From assembly GCA_965250085.1 (NCBI GenBank), contig OZ252287.1, positions 64,001 to 128,000 on the forward strand: 64,000 nt of DNA. Reading direction: 5' to 3'. This DNA is from Candidatus Altimarinota bacterium. GTDB lineage: Bacteria; Patescibacteriota; Gracilibacteria; CAIRYL01. Positions 48,393-58,857 of the stretch are shown one piece after another. Positions within the stretch are counted from its first letter, which is position 1; each line of letters opens with the position of its first letter. The notes below the pieces were generated by a model. That model was not told the origin of the DNA and ran no database searches. It saw only the letters and a program-made list of their open reading frames with translations. A program made the translations under genes and the position numbers.

Positions 48393-48746
48393 TCATTTCT
48401 TTCCTTGTGAATTTATTGCAATGGGTTCAAACATGAGCACATAGGATGGTTCCAGGGCCTTGGGACAATGCTGCATCCCTTTGGTTACCACGGTCACTTC
48501 TCCCGCACTCAGGGTAATATCTGCCTGATCTTTGAGCTGGATCAGTATTTTTCCCGAATACACGTAAAAAAGTTCATCCTCATTGTCATGCTGATGCCAA
48601 TGGTACTCTCCTTCAAAGAGCGCTAATCGTACCGCCTGATCATTTACTCGAGCAACTTCCACCGGAAACCACGACCTTCCAGCAATCTCCTTTATCTTCT
48701 CTTCTATAACTATTAGAGAAATCATGCACATTGAAAAAATCCACAA
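48393..48746 (-). CDS. Cupin domain protein
   Basis: GEYHWHQHDNEDELFYVYSG...GMQHCP; start uncertain. Confidence 0.88.
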   Translation of the reverse strand: MWIFSMCMISLIVIEEKIKEIAGRSWFPVEVARVNDQAVRLALFEGEYHWHQHDNEDELFYVYSGKILIQLKDQADITLSAGEVTVVTKGMQHCPKALEPSYVLMFEPIAINSQGKK

Positions 48747-49525
48747 TATTGTGCCATAGAAGAGGATTCCTTAAAAAGAAAAACAGGGTTTAGTAGGGTT
48801 TTAATCGCAGGTGATGCCCCCTTTTTTTTGTGTGAATATCGTGTCCAATGCCTTCAAAACCTCTCTTTTGAGTTCTCGTCTGTAGAGCAAAAGCCGGATC
48901 TTCTAATTCCTTTTCCTCGAACCCTGTCATGCCATTTTCAGTAAGTATTTTTCTGAGACCATCAGACAGCCCAGGTTTATAGAGTGTTGAAACAAGCTCT
49001 TCAACTTGATCTCTATATGCTTTTCCATTCTGATGTATAAAGAGAGCTCTGATCAATTGCACCAAACGATAATCTCTTTTGGGAACAATCTTTTCACTCC
49101 TGATCACTCCCTGCATCATTTCAAAAAGAGCATCGGGGTCATTTCCCAACCCATCTCTTATTACTGATAAAACTTCCTCATTAATATGATAAACCTTATT
49201 TCTTCCCTGCTGATAACCACGAATAAGATCTTCATCTTTTAACGCTCTGAGATGTGAAAAAACACTCGTTTGATGAGTAAGAGCCATTTTTTTTGCAATT
49301 TCTTCTATTGTTCGTGGAGATTCAAGAATAAGGAGTAATACTTTTTTTCTTTTAAGGCTCATTCCAAGAATTGCTCTTTTTGTACGGTTATAATCTGACG
49401 AAACACTTTTACTGGAAATATTCGGCATAAAATCCGTTTCCAGCACATCTGTTATTATTGGCCGAATTTCTTCATTAATATCATAAACTGCATACTTTCC
49501 CTGTTTATAACGAAGAATAAGACTT

Positions 49526-50235
49526 GGCTCTAGAGTAGGAGATTTTAAAAATCTCTGATAATTTTGGACATTATAACAAAAATATCTTGATCTTTATAGT
49601 TCCATCGCCACTCACATTCTTTGAGGTGAAAGTTAAACTTGTGAGAAGCAATTCCGTTAAACTTAGAGAGTCTTCTTTTCGCAAAAGACCAAAAGGATTC
49701 AATACCATTTACATGACATTTTCCTCGTGCAAATTCATTTTCTGAGTGATGAATACGATAGTGATCATATCCATTGAGAATGAGTCCATCATAAGCTCTC
49801 CATCCATCAGTATGAATAGTTGATCCTTCTAGTATTTTTCCTTGAATAATAGGTAGGAGCTCTTTTCTGGAGCAATCTTTTACAATAGAAACAAATACCC
49901 TTCCTTCTCTTTGAAGGATTCCAAAGACAGGAGTCTTTCCTGCGGCTCCTCTTCCTCTCTTTCCTCTCATTCTCTTTGCTCCAAAGTAACTTTCATCAAG
50001 TTCAAATTCTCCAAAACTCTTTGACTGTGCTAAAGAGAACTTTGCAATCTTTTCTCTAAAAATATTAAAATATCGATCAACCGTTCTCCGATTGAGATCT
50101 AGAATATTTGCTGTTTTTGATGCATTGAGATCTTCACAAAAACACTTCAATATTTTTTTGATCTTATAATTCGATATTTTACTGTGTTTAAGCATGTTAA
50201 GAGAATAATTGAAGTAATTATTCTACTCAAGAGCC
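49526..50235 (-). mobile_element. IS1595-family (IS1016-like) insertion sequence, 710 bp
   Basis: TIRs GGCTCTAGAGTAGGA / TTCTACTCAAGAGCC (13/15 match); 8-bp TSD TAAGACTT at 49518-49525 and 50236-50243. Confidence 0.93.
49545..50195 (-). CDS. IS1595 family DDE transposase
   Basis: ELDESYFG, RGRGAAGK, HTDGW, HVNGIESFWS. Confidence 0.95.
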   Translation of the reverse strand: MLKHSKISNYKIKKILKCFCEDLNASKTANILDLNRRTVDRYFNIFREKIAKFSLAQSKSFGEFELDESYFGAKRMRGKRGRGAAGKTPVFGILQREGRVFVSIVKDCSRKELLPIIQGKILEGSTIHTDGWRAYDGLILNGYDHYRIHHSENEFARGKCHVNGIESFWSFAKRRLSKFNGIASHKFNFHLKECEWRWNYKDQDIFVIMSKIIRDF

Positions 50236-51087
50236 TAAGACTTTTATCTTGTAACGTTCTGAGATGTGGATAAACACTCGTTTGATGAGGAATAGAAAGT
50301 GCTTCTGCAATTTCTTCCACTGTGCAGGGAGATTCAAAAATGAGAAAAAGAATTTTTTTGCTTCTAGTGTTCACACTCAAAACCGCTTGCTCTACGCTAT
50401 CGCGATCTGGCTGTATGCTTTCGTTGGAAACATCTGACAGAACTGGGAGATCGGGATCTTCTTCCAGGAGCTCTTTTAAGGTCGATCGAAAATGCTCATT
50501 GAGATAGTTCACAAAGCTTCTGCCTTCTCGGCGTCTGAAAATGAGGTTTTTGTTTTCTAGTCCAAGGATGTGCTGATAGACACCTGGTGGAGAGACAGAT
50601 ACCTGCTCTACAAGCTCCTTCATCGTCCGCGGAGCATTAAAAATCAAACGGAGTATTTCTTTTTTGGTATCCCTCATTTTCATCACCAATTGAGTTACGT
50701 GTTCACATCCGGCTTCGTCGCTACTCCTTCTTTCGATTTCTTCATGTTCCGGTGGAGCAGAGAAGGCAGAAGACAAAATCACTGATATTTCGGGCATTGG
50801 GGATGTTTAAATTTTTATTAACATGGTAATTAAAATCATTTTTAGCTCACTTGTCAAGACATTGCTCTTTATTTCAAAACATTTTCCTGTATCAATTACA
50901 ACAACAGCAGCGTTTATGAGAATGAAAAACCAAAAAACAAAACCATTGATGTATTTGGAGCGTGGAGATCAAAAGACAGAAAACCTGGAATTCGTTTTCT
51001 TCATGTCTTTTTGAGAAAATATTCCCGAAATCACCAAAATCCCGTATTCTTTCCTCATAAGCTATAATTCTAAACAATATAAATAAC

Positions 51088-51432
51088 ATGGCCTACGACG
51101 AACATTTGGCGGACAGAATATACAGAGTTCTCACTCACAACCATGTGTCTTTTGAAGAAAAGAAAATGATGGGAGGTCTGTGCTTTATGGTAGATGGCAA
51201 AATGTGCATTGGTATTGCAAAAGACCAGCTCATGGCGAGAATAGATCCTGATATATATGAGCAATGTCTTGCCAAAGATGGCTGCAATGAAATGAAATTT
51301 ACCGGGAGACCCATGAGAGGATTTGTGTTTCTGGATCCAGAGGCTATTGACGCAGATGAAGATCTGAACTCCTGGATACAGCTGTGCTTAGAATTTAATC
51401 CCAAAGCAAAGAGGAGTAAAAAGAAAAAATGA
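51088..51432 (+). CDS. TfoX N-terminal domain protein
   Basis: MAYDE.LA.RI, EKKMMGGLCFMVDGKM, GRPMRGFV. Confidence 0.9.
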   Translation: MAYDEHLADRIYRVLTHNHVSFEEKKMMGGLCFMVDGKMCIGIAKDQLMARIDPDIYEQCLAKDGCNEMKFTGRPMRGFVFLDPEAIDADEDLNSWIQLCLEFNPKAKRSKKKK

Positions 51433-51526
51433 CCCCTCGCTGTTTCAAGTTTTTCACACCCAAAGAAACCATTTTCAAACCCGTTAAAATCCCGTACTCT
51501 ACGCCGGCTTTATTTTGAGAAAGACA

Positions 51527-53329
51527 ATGGATATCCGCAATGTTGCGATCATCGCTCACGTTGACCACGGCAAGACCACACTCGTGGATGCTCTGCTCAA
51601 AGCAGGGGGCGCTTTTGCGGCGCATGAAGAGGTAGAAGATCGGGTAATGGACAGCAATGAACAAGAGAAAGAACGTGGCATTACCATCTATGCCAAAAAC
51701 GCAGCGATTGAGTATCAGGGAAGCAAGATTAATATCGTAGATACTCCCGGCCATGCGGACTTTGGAAGTGAGGTAGAGCGTGTGCTGAGTACTGTGGATG
51801 CCACGATCCTTGTGGTAGATGCATATGAAGGACCCATGCCACAGACCAAGTTTGTCCTCCACAAATCCCTCGAACTCGGCAAAAAAGTGCTGGTGGTAGT
51901 GAATAAAATTGATAAGTCCACTGCACGACCCGACTGGGTGATAGACCATGTGTTTGATTTGTTTGGACAACTGGGGGCAAATGATGCGCAGCTGGATTTC
52001 CCCTATCTCTATACAGTGGCTCGTGATGGCGTGGCGGTGAAAAACTTGGACGATGAGCGTACAGACATCACCCCGCTTCTAGATTTCATCATCGAGCATG
52101 TGCCCGCTGCGGAACAAAATGTAGAGGAGGTTTTTCGTATGCAGCCCGCCACTCTGGCGTATGACAATTTCCTCGGGAGACTTGCGATCGGCCGTGTGCA
52201 CGAAGGCGTGCTCACAACCAATCAAAGCGTTACCGTCCTCACACCCAGTGGAGCCAAACGGACTGCCCGCGTGAGCAAACTCTTTACCTTTGCAGGCCTC
52301 AAAAAAGTAGAAGTGCCAGAGGTCTTTGCCGGAGACATTGTGGCTATTGCGGGGATTGCCGATATCTTTGTGGGGGAAACCATCACAGACAATGAAAGTG
52401 CGGAGCCACTTCCGGCGATCAATGTGGATCCGCCATCACTCGCCATGTACTTTATGGTCAATGATTCACCCTTTGCGGGGACGGAAGGCAAATTTGTCAC
52501 CAGTCGGCAGATCCGTGATCGACTGGAAAAAGAACTCGAGACCAATGTGGGACTCCGTATCGAATTTTCTGAAAATGCGGATCACTACAAAGTCCTTGGA
52601 CGTGGGGAGATGCATCTGGCAGTCCTCATCGAGACCATGCGTCGTGAAGGATTTGAACTCCAGGTGTCACAGCCGGAGGTTGTGTTTCAACAAAAAGACG
52701 GACAGGTGCACGAACCCATGGAAGACACCGTGATCAATGTGCCAGAATCACTGGGAGGAAAGATCATAGAAATGATGGCACAGCGCAAAGGGGAGATGAG
52801 TACTATCAAAACCGAAAATGGACTCACCACTCTCGAGTTCCAAATTCCGGCACGGGGATTGCTCGGCATCCGTTCCAACTTTATTATCCTCACCAAAGGG
52901 GAGGGGACTATGTACAGCTCATTTTCACACTTTGCGCCGTATGTGGGTAAGATAGACAAGCGCCAAGTGGGATCTATGATATCTGGAGAAACTGGTGAGA
53001 CCACCGCGTATTCTCTCTGGAAACTTCAAGAACGCGGTCCACTCTTTATCCATCCCGTGACAAAGGTGTATGAAGGCATGATTATCGGCGAACACAATCA
53101 AGGCAGTGATATCACTGTCAATGCCCTCAAGGGCAAAAAACTCACCAATATTCGTGCATCTGGCTCAGACGATGCCGTGACCCTTACTCCACCGCTGGAT
53201 ATGACGCTCGAAAAAGCGTTGGAATATATCAAAGAAGATGAATACGTGGAGGTGACTCCTCAAAACATTCGCCTGAGGAAGAAGTGGCTGAGTGAGGTGG
53301 AGAGGAAGAGGAATCGGGAGAAGAAATAA
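51527..53329 (+). CDS. typA: Translational GTPase TypA/BipA
   Basis: [46 protein letters not shown]. Confidence 0.97.
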   Translation: MDIRNVAIIAHVDHGKTTLVDALLKAGGAFAAHEEVEDRVMDSNEQEKERGITIYAKNAAIEYQGSKINIVDTPGHADFGSEVERVLSTVDATILVVDAYEGPMPQTKFVLHKSLELGKKVLVVVNKIDKSTARPDWVIDHVFDLFGQLGANDAQLDFPYLYTVARDGVAVKNLDDERTDITPLLDFIIEHVPAAEQNVEEVFRMQPATLAYDNFLGRLAIGRVHEGVLTTNQSVTVLTPSGAKRTARVSKLFTFAGLKKVEVPEVFAGDIVAIAGIADIFVGETITDNESAEPLPAINVDPPSLAMYFMVNDSPFAGTEGKFVTSRQIRDRLEKELETNVGLRIEFSENADHYKVLGRGEMHLAVLIETMRREGFELQVSQPEVVFQQKDGQVHEPMEDTVINVPESLGGKIIEMMAQRKGEMSTIKTENGLTTLEFQIPARGLLGIRSNFIILTKGEGTMYSSFSHFAPYVGKIDKRQVGSMISGETGETTAYSLWKLQERGPLFIHPVTKVYEGMIIGEHNQGSDITVNALKGKKLTNIRASGSDDAVTLTPPLDMTLEKALEYIKEDEYVEVTPQNIRLRKKWLSEVERKRNREKK

Positions 53330-53350
53330 CGTGATTTTGTCAGAATAAGC

Positions 53351-53845
53351 ATGAAAAAAATTATTATTATTAATGGCTCGCGAAATGCAGGAAAAACTAC
53401 TGTTGGAACGATTGTCTCTGAGTCACTTGAAAAAACTGCATTCATCGATATAGATGTTATGAGAGACTTTGTTCCATTTCTTTTGTTGAAAGAAAGTATC
53501 CCTCTTAATTTGGAAAATGCTGTTTCGGTCGCCAGAAATATTCTTCAGAAAAACATGAATATTGTTATGGTATACCCTTTGTATCAGCATGAAAGAGATT
53601 TTTTAGAAGAGAATCTTCAGCAATCCAGTGTGAAAATATTCTTTTTTACCTTAAGGCCAAGCTTGGCAACAGCTCTTTCAAATAGAGGGAGAGCAATAAC
53701 TAAAGATGATAAAAAACGTATTCGTGAGATGTATGCTGAAGGTGGAGAATGCAATGGTAACCATTTGGGAATTGTAATTGATAATACAAAACTCTCTCCA
53801 AGAGAAACAGCAAGGGAAATCCTCCATCATATAGAACGGGAATAA
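53351..53845 (+). CDS. P-loop nucleoside/nucleotide kinase-like protein
   Basis: IIINGSRNAGKTT Walker A, D.D, IDNT.LS. Confidence 0.8.
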   Translation: MKKIIIINGSRNAGKTTVGTIVSESLEKTAFIDIDVMRDFVPFLLLKESIPLNLENAVSVARNILQKNMNIVMVYPLYQHERDFLEENLQQSSVKIFFFTLRPSLATALSNRGRAITKDDKKRIREMYAEGGECNGNHLGIVIDNTKLSPRETAREILHHIERE

Positions 53846-53924
53846 ATACTTAAGTTGTCTTTAATCTTTGCTCTTCTCTCATTTTCAGAGTAGATTTTTT
53901 ACTATGCTCATATGAAATCTTCTT

Positions 53925-54467
53925 ATGAAAAAATCATCTCATCTCCATCGAAAAAGAAATCGTTTACAGGGATACGATTATTCACAAAATGGATATTATT
54001 TTGTCACTACATGCACGAAAGGTCGCGTGCAATGGTTTGGTGAAATAAAAGATGATGAAATGCAATTGAGTCGATTTGGACAAATCGCCAAGAAACAATG
54101 GATGTGGCTACAAGATCAATATGATTCTGTGACATTGGATTCATTTGTAATTATGCCAAATCATGTACATGGAATTATCGTCATTGAAAATCAAGGTCAT
54201 GGTAGGGACAACTCTAGAGTTGTCCCTACGCGAGCTGTTCGTGATATGCCTACAGGTCGTCATAATCTCTTATCCAAAACCATAAACGCTTTCAAAACCA
54301 CATCATCAAAATTGATTCGTCAAAATGGTTGCCCTGAATTTATCTGGCAACGGTCGTTTCACGATCATATCATCCGAGATGAAACCGGACTCAATACTAT
54401 TCGTGAATACATCGAGTTTAATCCTTTGAAATGGACTCTAGACAAAGAAAATCCAGAGAATTTTTAA
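53925..54467 (+). CDS. REP-associated tyrosine transposase (RAYT/TnpA-REP)
   Basis: RLQGYDYSQNGYYFVT, MPNHVH (HUH), WQRSFHDHIIR, YIEFNP..W. Confidence 0.92.
   Translation: MKKSSHLHRKRNRLQGYDYSQNGYYFVTTCTKGRVQWFGEIKDDEMQLSRFGQIAKKQWMWLQDQYDSVTLDSFVIMPNHVHGIIVIENQGHGRDNSRVVPTRAVRDMPTGRHNLLSKTINAFKTTSSKLIRQNGCPEFIWQRSFHDHIIRDETGLNTIREYIEFNPLKWTLDKENPENF
54202..54229. repeat. 28-bp perfect GTAG REP-like palindrome inside the RAYT gene
   Basis: GTAGGGACAACTCT|AGAGTTGTCCCTAC; encodes GRDNSRVVPT. Confidence 0.85.
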
Positions 54468-54490
54468 CGCCGGGGTTTCTCCATCCCTTC

Positions 54491-54550
54491 GTTGGTTTTA
54501 GTCTTTTTGACTGCAACCTTAACTCGACCAAGTCAAAAAAACTAGGTCGA
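54491..54550. repeat. Inverted hairpin doublet (AGTC-T5-GACT core) downstream of RAYT
   Basis: ggttttagtctttttgactgcaacc and tcgaccaagtcaaaaaaactaggtcga; related hairpin at 40263-40291. Confidence 0.5.
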
Positions 54551-54607
54551 ATGGACAGTCCTACGAGGACACATCACCGCATTCCCCCCCCCACAATTTT
54601 TGACACC

Positions 54608-54641
54608 CAAAACAAAACGGAGCAACCGAGACGATTGCTCC
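54608..54641 (-). terminator. Intrinsic terminator after csp
   Basis: Minus strand GGAGCAA-loop-TTGCTCC followed by GTTTTGTTTT. Confidence 0.7.
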
Positions 54642-54674
54642 AATAATGTAGTTAGAAGATGCTTAGAGAGTAGC

Positions 54675-54995
54675 TTATTCTTCGTCTCCAGCTTCTGAAG
54701 CTTCTTCAGAAGATTCAGCCTCTTCGGCTTTTTCCTCAGGCTCAGCTTCTTCTGCAGCTTCCTCATCGTCAGATGGAGCAGCGGCAGCAGGTGCGGCACC
54801 ACCACCTGCGGTGACGTTACCGGCTTTCATACCTCCTCGATCTGATGGAACTTCCTCAAAGGTGACCGTGTCACCCTCTCTGAGGTCGTTAAATTCACCA
54901 TTCATATCAGAAGCATGAAAGAACAGATCTTTGTCTGAACCTTCAACAGTAATGAAACCGAACCCATTTTTCAGGGTTTTAATAATTCCTTGCAT
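54675..54995 (-). CDS. Cold-shock domain protein with an acidic tail
   Basis: GFGFI (RNP1), LFFH (RNP2), L.EGD.V.FE; A/E-rich tail. Confidence 0.92.
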   Translation of the reverse strand: MQGIIKTLKNGFGFITVEGSDKDLFFHASDMNGEFNDLREGDTVTFEEVPSDRGGMKAGNVTAGGGAAPAAAAPSDDEEAAEEAEPEEKAEEAESSEEASEAGDEE

Positions 54996-55113
54996 AAAAA
55001 AAGAAATAAAAGAATAAAATCTGCAAAATCAGGCTTTGCAGTAATATTTTTTTATTCCTACCACGCATGCTTTCGCGGAGCGCAGTGTATAGAAAAAACA
55101 AAAATAGCGCAAT

Positions 55114-56817
55114 CTATTTTTTTCCAAACTTTCTTCCTCCGCCACCAGTTGCTTTTTTCATCTCCACCGGTGTCCCCCAGAATTTTTGACGCTTGAAGCA
55201 ACTCAGGAGTGCTGATGCGTATCGTTCATCTGCATCAAATGCAGTAGAACTCTTTCCTACGCTGATCTTGCCGATCTCCACACCGCGAAGTTTGGATTGT
55301 TTGTTGATGAGCATAAAAAGATTCTTGGCATTAAAGCCTTTTTCAGAGCCAAAATTAATTTCAAAATGAGCAAAGTTTACATCCTGATTTCTGCGTCCTC
55401 CACCATCTCTTCTTTTGCCACCCCGATCTCGATGGCGATCTTGACTCTTCCCGCGCCCGTGTGATTTATATCCACCACCGCCACCGCGTAACTCCACATT
55501 GAGATCCGGTGCATTTTTGTACATTTCCAAAAAGCGATGAAACTCGATAGAAACCATGTGTTCTATGAGTTCTTCGCGACTGAGGGATTCGAGTTTTTTG
55601 TAGACCATTGGGAGAAAAGGAGCGATGCGCGCTTCATCCACTTTGCTCTTGCCCACTTTATCAATCAGGTGCAAAAGTTGCATTTCACAAATCTCTTTTC
55701 CGGTGGGAACCTTGACTTGCTGGAAGGGCCGGCCGATCTTTCGTTCCAATTGATGAATCTTGCCCACTTCTTTCATATGGATGATGGTGAGGGCAATTCC
55801 TTTTTTATTGGCCCGACCGGTACGTCCACTGCGGTGCAGATAGGATTCCAGCTGATCAGGGAGATTGTAGTTGATGACATGGGTGAGATCATTCACATCG
55901 ATTCCACGAGCGGCTACGTCGGTGGCGACAAGGATCTGAATCTGCTTTCTACGAAAGCGATTCATGACGTGTTCTCTTTGTTTTTGTTCAATGTCACCAT
56001 GGAGGGCATCGGCAGAGTAGTGATCACCCATGAGCTTGGTGGCGACCTCTTGGGTCTCACGACGTGTCCGGCAAAAGACGATGCCGTAAATATCAGGTGT
56101 CATATCGGCGATTCTTCGAAGGGCTTCATAGCGATCTTTTGCGTGCACCATGTAGTATTTGTGCTCCACATTTTCAGTACCAGTATTCCGTTTGCTCGCA
56201 CTTATTTGCTGGGTATCTCGCATATATTTTTTGGCAATCTGCTCCACGCTTGGGAGCATGGTGGCAGAAAAGAGCAGAGTTTGTTTCTTCTTTGGAGTCG
56301 TTCCCAAAATGGCATCCAGATCTTCTTTGAATCCCATATTGAGCATCTCATCGGCTTCATCAAGTACTAAGTATTGGATAGATTCGATGTTGAGTTTTTT
56401 CTTTCGGATGAAGTCATGCACGCGTCCAGGAGTTCCTACCACGATTTGACATCCTTTTTTGAGCGCCCTGAGCTGAATATCCATTCGCTCACCACCATAG
56501 ACCGGTACTATTGAGATATCAGGAAGATGCTTGGAAAACGCTTTGATGTCCTTAGTAATTTGTAAGCACAACTCACGAGTAGGACAGAGAATGATGGACT
56601 GTACATGTCTTGCCTGAGGATCAATTTGCTCCAAGATCGGCAGACTAAACGCTGCGGTCTTTCCGGTCCCTGTTTGTGCAAGAGCTATCAAGTCCTTTTG
56701 TGAAGAAAGGAGATAGGGGATTGTTTTTTCTTGAATTGTGGTAGGCGTTTCAAATTCAAGCTCTTCAAGAGCCAAGAGTATTTCCGAACGAAGCCCAATT
56801 GTTTTGAATGCGGTCAT
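55114..56817 (-). CDS. deaD: DEAD-box RNA helicase with a C-terminal DbpA-type RNA-binding domain
   Basis: AQTGTGKT, PTREL, DEAD, SAT, ARGID, HRSGRTGR. Confidence 0.93.
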   Translation of the reverse strand: MTAFKTIGLRSEILLALEELEFETPTTIQEKTIPYLLSSQKDLIALAQTGTGKTAAFSLPILEQIDPQARHVQSIILCPTRELCLQITKDIKAFSKHLPDISIVPVYGGERMDIQLRALKKGCQIVVGTPGRVHDFIRKKKLNIESIQYLVLDEADEMLNMGFKEDLDAILGTTPKKKQTLLFSATMLPSVEQIAKKYMRDTQQISASKRNTGTENVEHKYYMVHAKDRYEALRRIADMTPDIYGIVFCRTRRETQEVATKLMGDHYSADALHGDIEQKQREHVMNRFRRKQIQILVATDVAARGIDVNDLTHVINYNLPDQLESYLHRSGRTGRANKKGIALTIIHMKEVGKIHQLERKIGRPFQQVKVPTGKEICEMQLLHLIDKVGKSKVDEARIAPFLPMVYKKLESLSREELIEHMVSIEFHRFLEMYKNAPDLNVELRGGGGGYKSHGRGKSQDRHRDRGGKRRDGGGRRNQDVNFAHFEINFGSEKGFNAKNLFMLINKQSKLRGVEIGKISVGKSSTAFDADERYASALLSCFKRQKFWGTPVEMKKATGGGGRKFGKK

Positions 56818-56851
56818 GAAGAAAGAATGATCTAAAAGAATGGCGATTCAG
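56751..56851. repeat. 101-bp direct repeat, copy 1 (deaD 5' end and leader)
   Basis: Matches 58858-58958 with 2 mismatches. Confidence 0.93.
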
Positions 56852-57110
56852 GGTAGCGCGATATAAGATGCAGTGCAATGGGTTAGAGGCGATTGAAAGC
56901 ATGCAGTAATAGAGTGCTCACTCTATTTGGTCTGTTTTCAGAGTTAAAAAAATAAAAATTTCCTTAAAAAATACAAAAATACAAAGAAAAAAGACTTTTT
57001 TCTTATGAGAAAATAATTCTTCCCTGTATTATGCCTTCTCCTAAGCCTACACTGAAAACGACAGCAAAAGTGCATTATTCTCTCCTCCTTGCTCCTTATA
57101 TCTTCTTATT

Positions 57111-58847
57111 ATGAATCAAGAGAGTGCTTTGCAAATACTTAAATCGGGGAAAAATGTGTTTTTGACGGGTTCAGCTGGAGCAGGGAAGACGTATTTACTC
57201 AATCAATATATTGAATATCTGCGTGATCGTGGAGTTCCTCTCGCGATCACGGCTTCTACGGGTATTGCGGCTACGCATTTGGATGGGCAGACCATTCACT
57301 CATGGTCAGGGCTGGGGATCAAAGACGTACTTACGGATGCAGATCTCCAAAAAATTGCAAAGAAAAAACCACTGCGCAACAGACTTGAGAAAGTACAAGT
57401 CCTTGTTATTGACGAAATCTCGATGCTCTCAGGCCAAACACTCAGCTGTATTGACCAGATTTTGAGGTATTTCAAGACAAGTTTTAAACCGTTTGGGGGT
57501 ATTCAGGTGGTTTTCTCTGGAGACTTTTTTCAACTCCCCCCCGTTTCAAAAGAGCGCCTCAGCTCCCATGAAAAATTTGCTTTTATGGCTCCCATTTGGG
57601 TCAAAGCAGAATTACAAATCTGCTATCTGACGGATTCTTATCGTCACCAAAAAAATGCTTTGCTCGAACTCCTGAATGAAATCCGCAGTGGAGAAATAAG
57701 TGAAGCAAGCGCAGATATGCTCCAAGAAAAGCTCGTGTCTGCGCATGAAAACACAACAGAATCAGCTCTCAAACTCTTTACCCACAATGCGGATGTCGAC
57801 AAAATCAATAAAGTGCATCTGGCAAAACTGGACTCTGATGTTCAGCGTTTTACTGCAAAAACTATGGGAAATCGAAATTTGGTAGAAGCGCTTAAAAAAT
57901 CAACTCTTGCTCCCACAGATCTAGATCTCAAACAATATGCGCAGGTTATTTTTGTAAAAAACAATTATGAAATGGGATATCTCAATGGAACAATGGGAAC
58001 CGTCACTGATTTTGATGATGAGGGGTGGCCAATTGTGGAAACATTCTCAGGTGCTACTCTTGTGGCAAAACCCGTAGAATGGAGTATTGTCGATGAATCT
58101 AATATCGCTGTAGCGTCTTTTTCTCAAGTTCCTTTACGTCTAGCGTGGGCGATCACGGTACACAAGAGCCAGGGAATGACGCTTGATAGTGCCGAGATAG
58201 ACCTTTCTAAGACGTTCGAACAGGGGCAAGGATACGTGGCACTCTCGAGAGTAAAGACATGGGCAGATCTTACTTTGCTGGGATGTAACCAAAAAGCTTT
58301 GCAAATGGATCCTCTGGTGATGGTTGCGGACAAGCGATTTCAAGAACTCTCTTCTCATATTGATTCTGAGTTTCAGCAGAGCGATGCAAAAAAACTCCAA
58401 AAGAGTTTTGATGATTTTATTGAGCGCTCAGGAGGAACTTTGGATACGAAACTCATTGCTCAGAACCATAAGCGCAATGCACTCCCTCGAACAGTCGCCC
58501 CCAAGGCGCCCAAAGTTTCTACATATGAACAAACAAGGGTTTTGATTGTAGAAGGAAAAAATCTAGAGCAAATTGCTACGGCGCGGAATGTGACAACAAA
58601 CACTATTGTCTCCCATTTGGAAAAACTCAAATCTGAAAATTCTGACCTGGATATCACGCGATTTAAACCGGATACAAAGCTTTTGGATATCGTTATCGCA
58701 GCGATACAAAAATGCAAAAAAAACTCAATCGCAAAAGACTTTGATCAAGATGGACATCTCAAACTGGGATTGATCCACCGAGAGCTCAAAGGGAAGGTTG
58801 GGTATGATACAATCAGACTCTGTAGAGTGTTTGCGAAAAAGAGTTGA
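57111..58847 (+). CDS. PIF1-family SF1B helicase with a C-terminal HTH
   Basis: TGSAGAGKT, ASTGIAA, DEISM, GDFFQLPPV, LAWAITVHKSQGMTL, YVALSR; C-terminal IATARNVT.NTI..HL. Confidence 0.92.
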   Translation: MNQESALQILKSGKNVFLTGSAGAGKTYLLNQYIEYLRDRGVPLAITASTGIAATHLDGQTIHSWSGLGIKDVLTDADLQKIAKKKPLRNRLEKVQVLVIDEISMLSGQTLSCIDQILRYFKTSFKPFGGIQVVFSGDFFQLPPVSKERLSSHEKFAFMAPIWVKAELQICYLTDSYRHQKNALLELLNEIRSGEISEASADMLQEKLVSAHENTTESALKLFTHNADVDKINKVHLAKLDSDVQRFTAKTMGNRNLVEALKKSTLAPTDLDLKQYAQVIFVKNNYEMGYLNGTMGTVTDFDDEGWPIVETFSGATLVAKPVEWSIVDESNIAVASFSQVPLRLAWAITVHKSQGMTLDSAEIDLSKTFEQGQGYVALSRVKTWADLTLLGCNQKALQMDPLVMVADKRFQELSSHIDSEFQQSDAKKLQKSFDDFIERSGGTLDTKLIAQNHKRNALPRTVAPKAPKVSTYEQTRVLIVEGKNLEQIATARNVTTNTIVSHLEKLKSENSDLDITRFKPDTKLLDIVIAAIQKCKKNSIAKDFDQDGHLKLGLIHRELKGKVGYDTIRLCRVFAKKS

Positions 58848-58857
58848 AGTAGATTTA

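Larger units (their letters stand above)
48790..50797 (-). pseudogene. Triple ArsR-like winged-HTH protein interrupted by an IS
   Basis: Removing the IS and one TSD copy joins ...HLRTLQDKSL|ILRYKQGKYAVYDINEE... in frame into a 429-aa ORF with three KxILxLI..P.T..E....V..H...L....L repeats. Confidence 0.85.

Noticed and set aside
50147-50235. C-terminus LRLLSRIITSII... of ORF 50147-50797
   Set aside because: It is read-through into the IS end, not part of the original HTH protein.
50850-51070. Short ORFs between the HTH gene and TfoX
   Set aside because: The best-looking frame has no start codon and no recognisable motif; at most a gene remnant.
55537-56370. 277-aa plus-strand ORF (and similar antisense ORFs over typA, rpoD, the DUF11 genes and rplL)
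   Set aside because: These are shadow ORFs antisense to well-supported genes.
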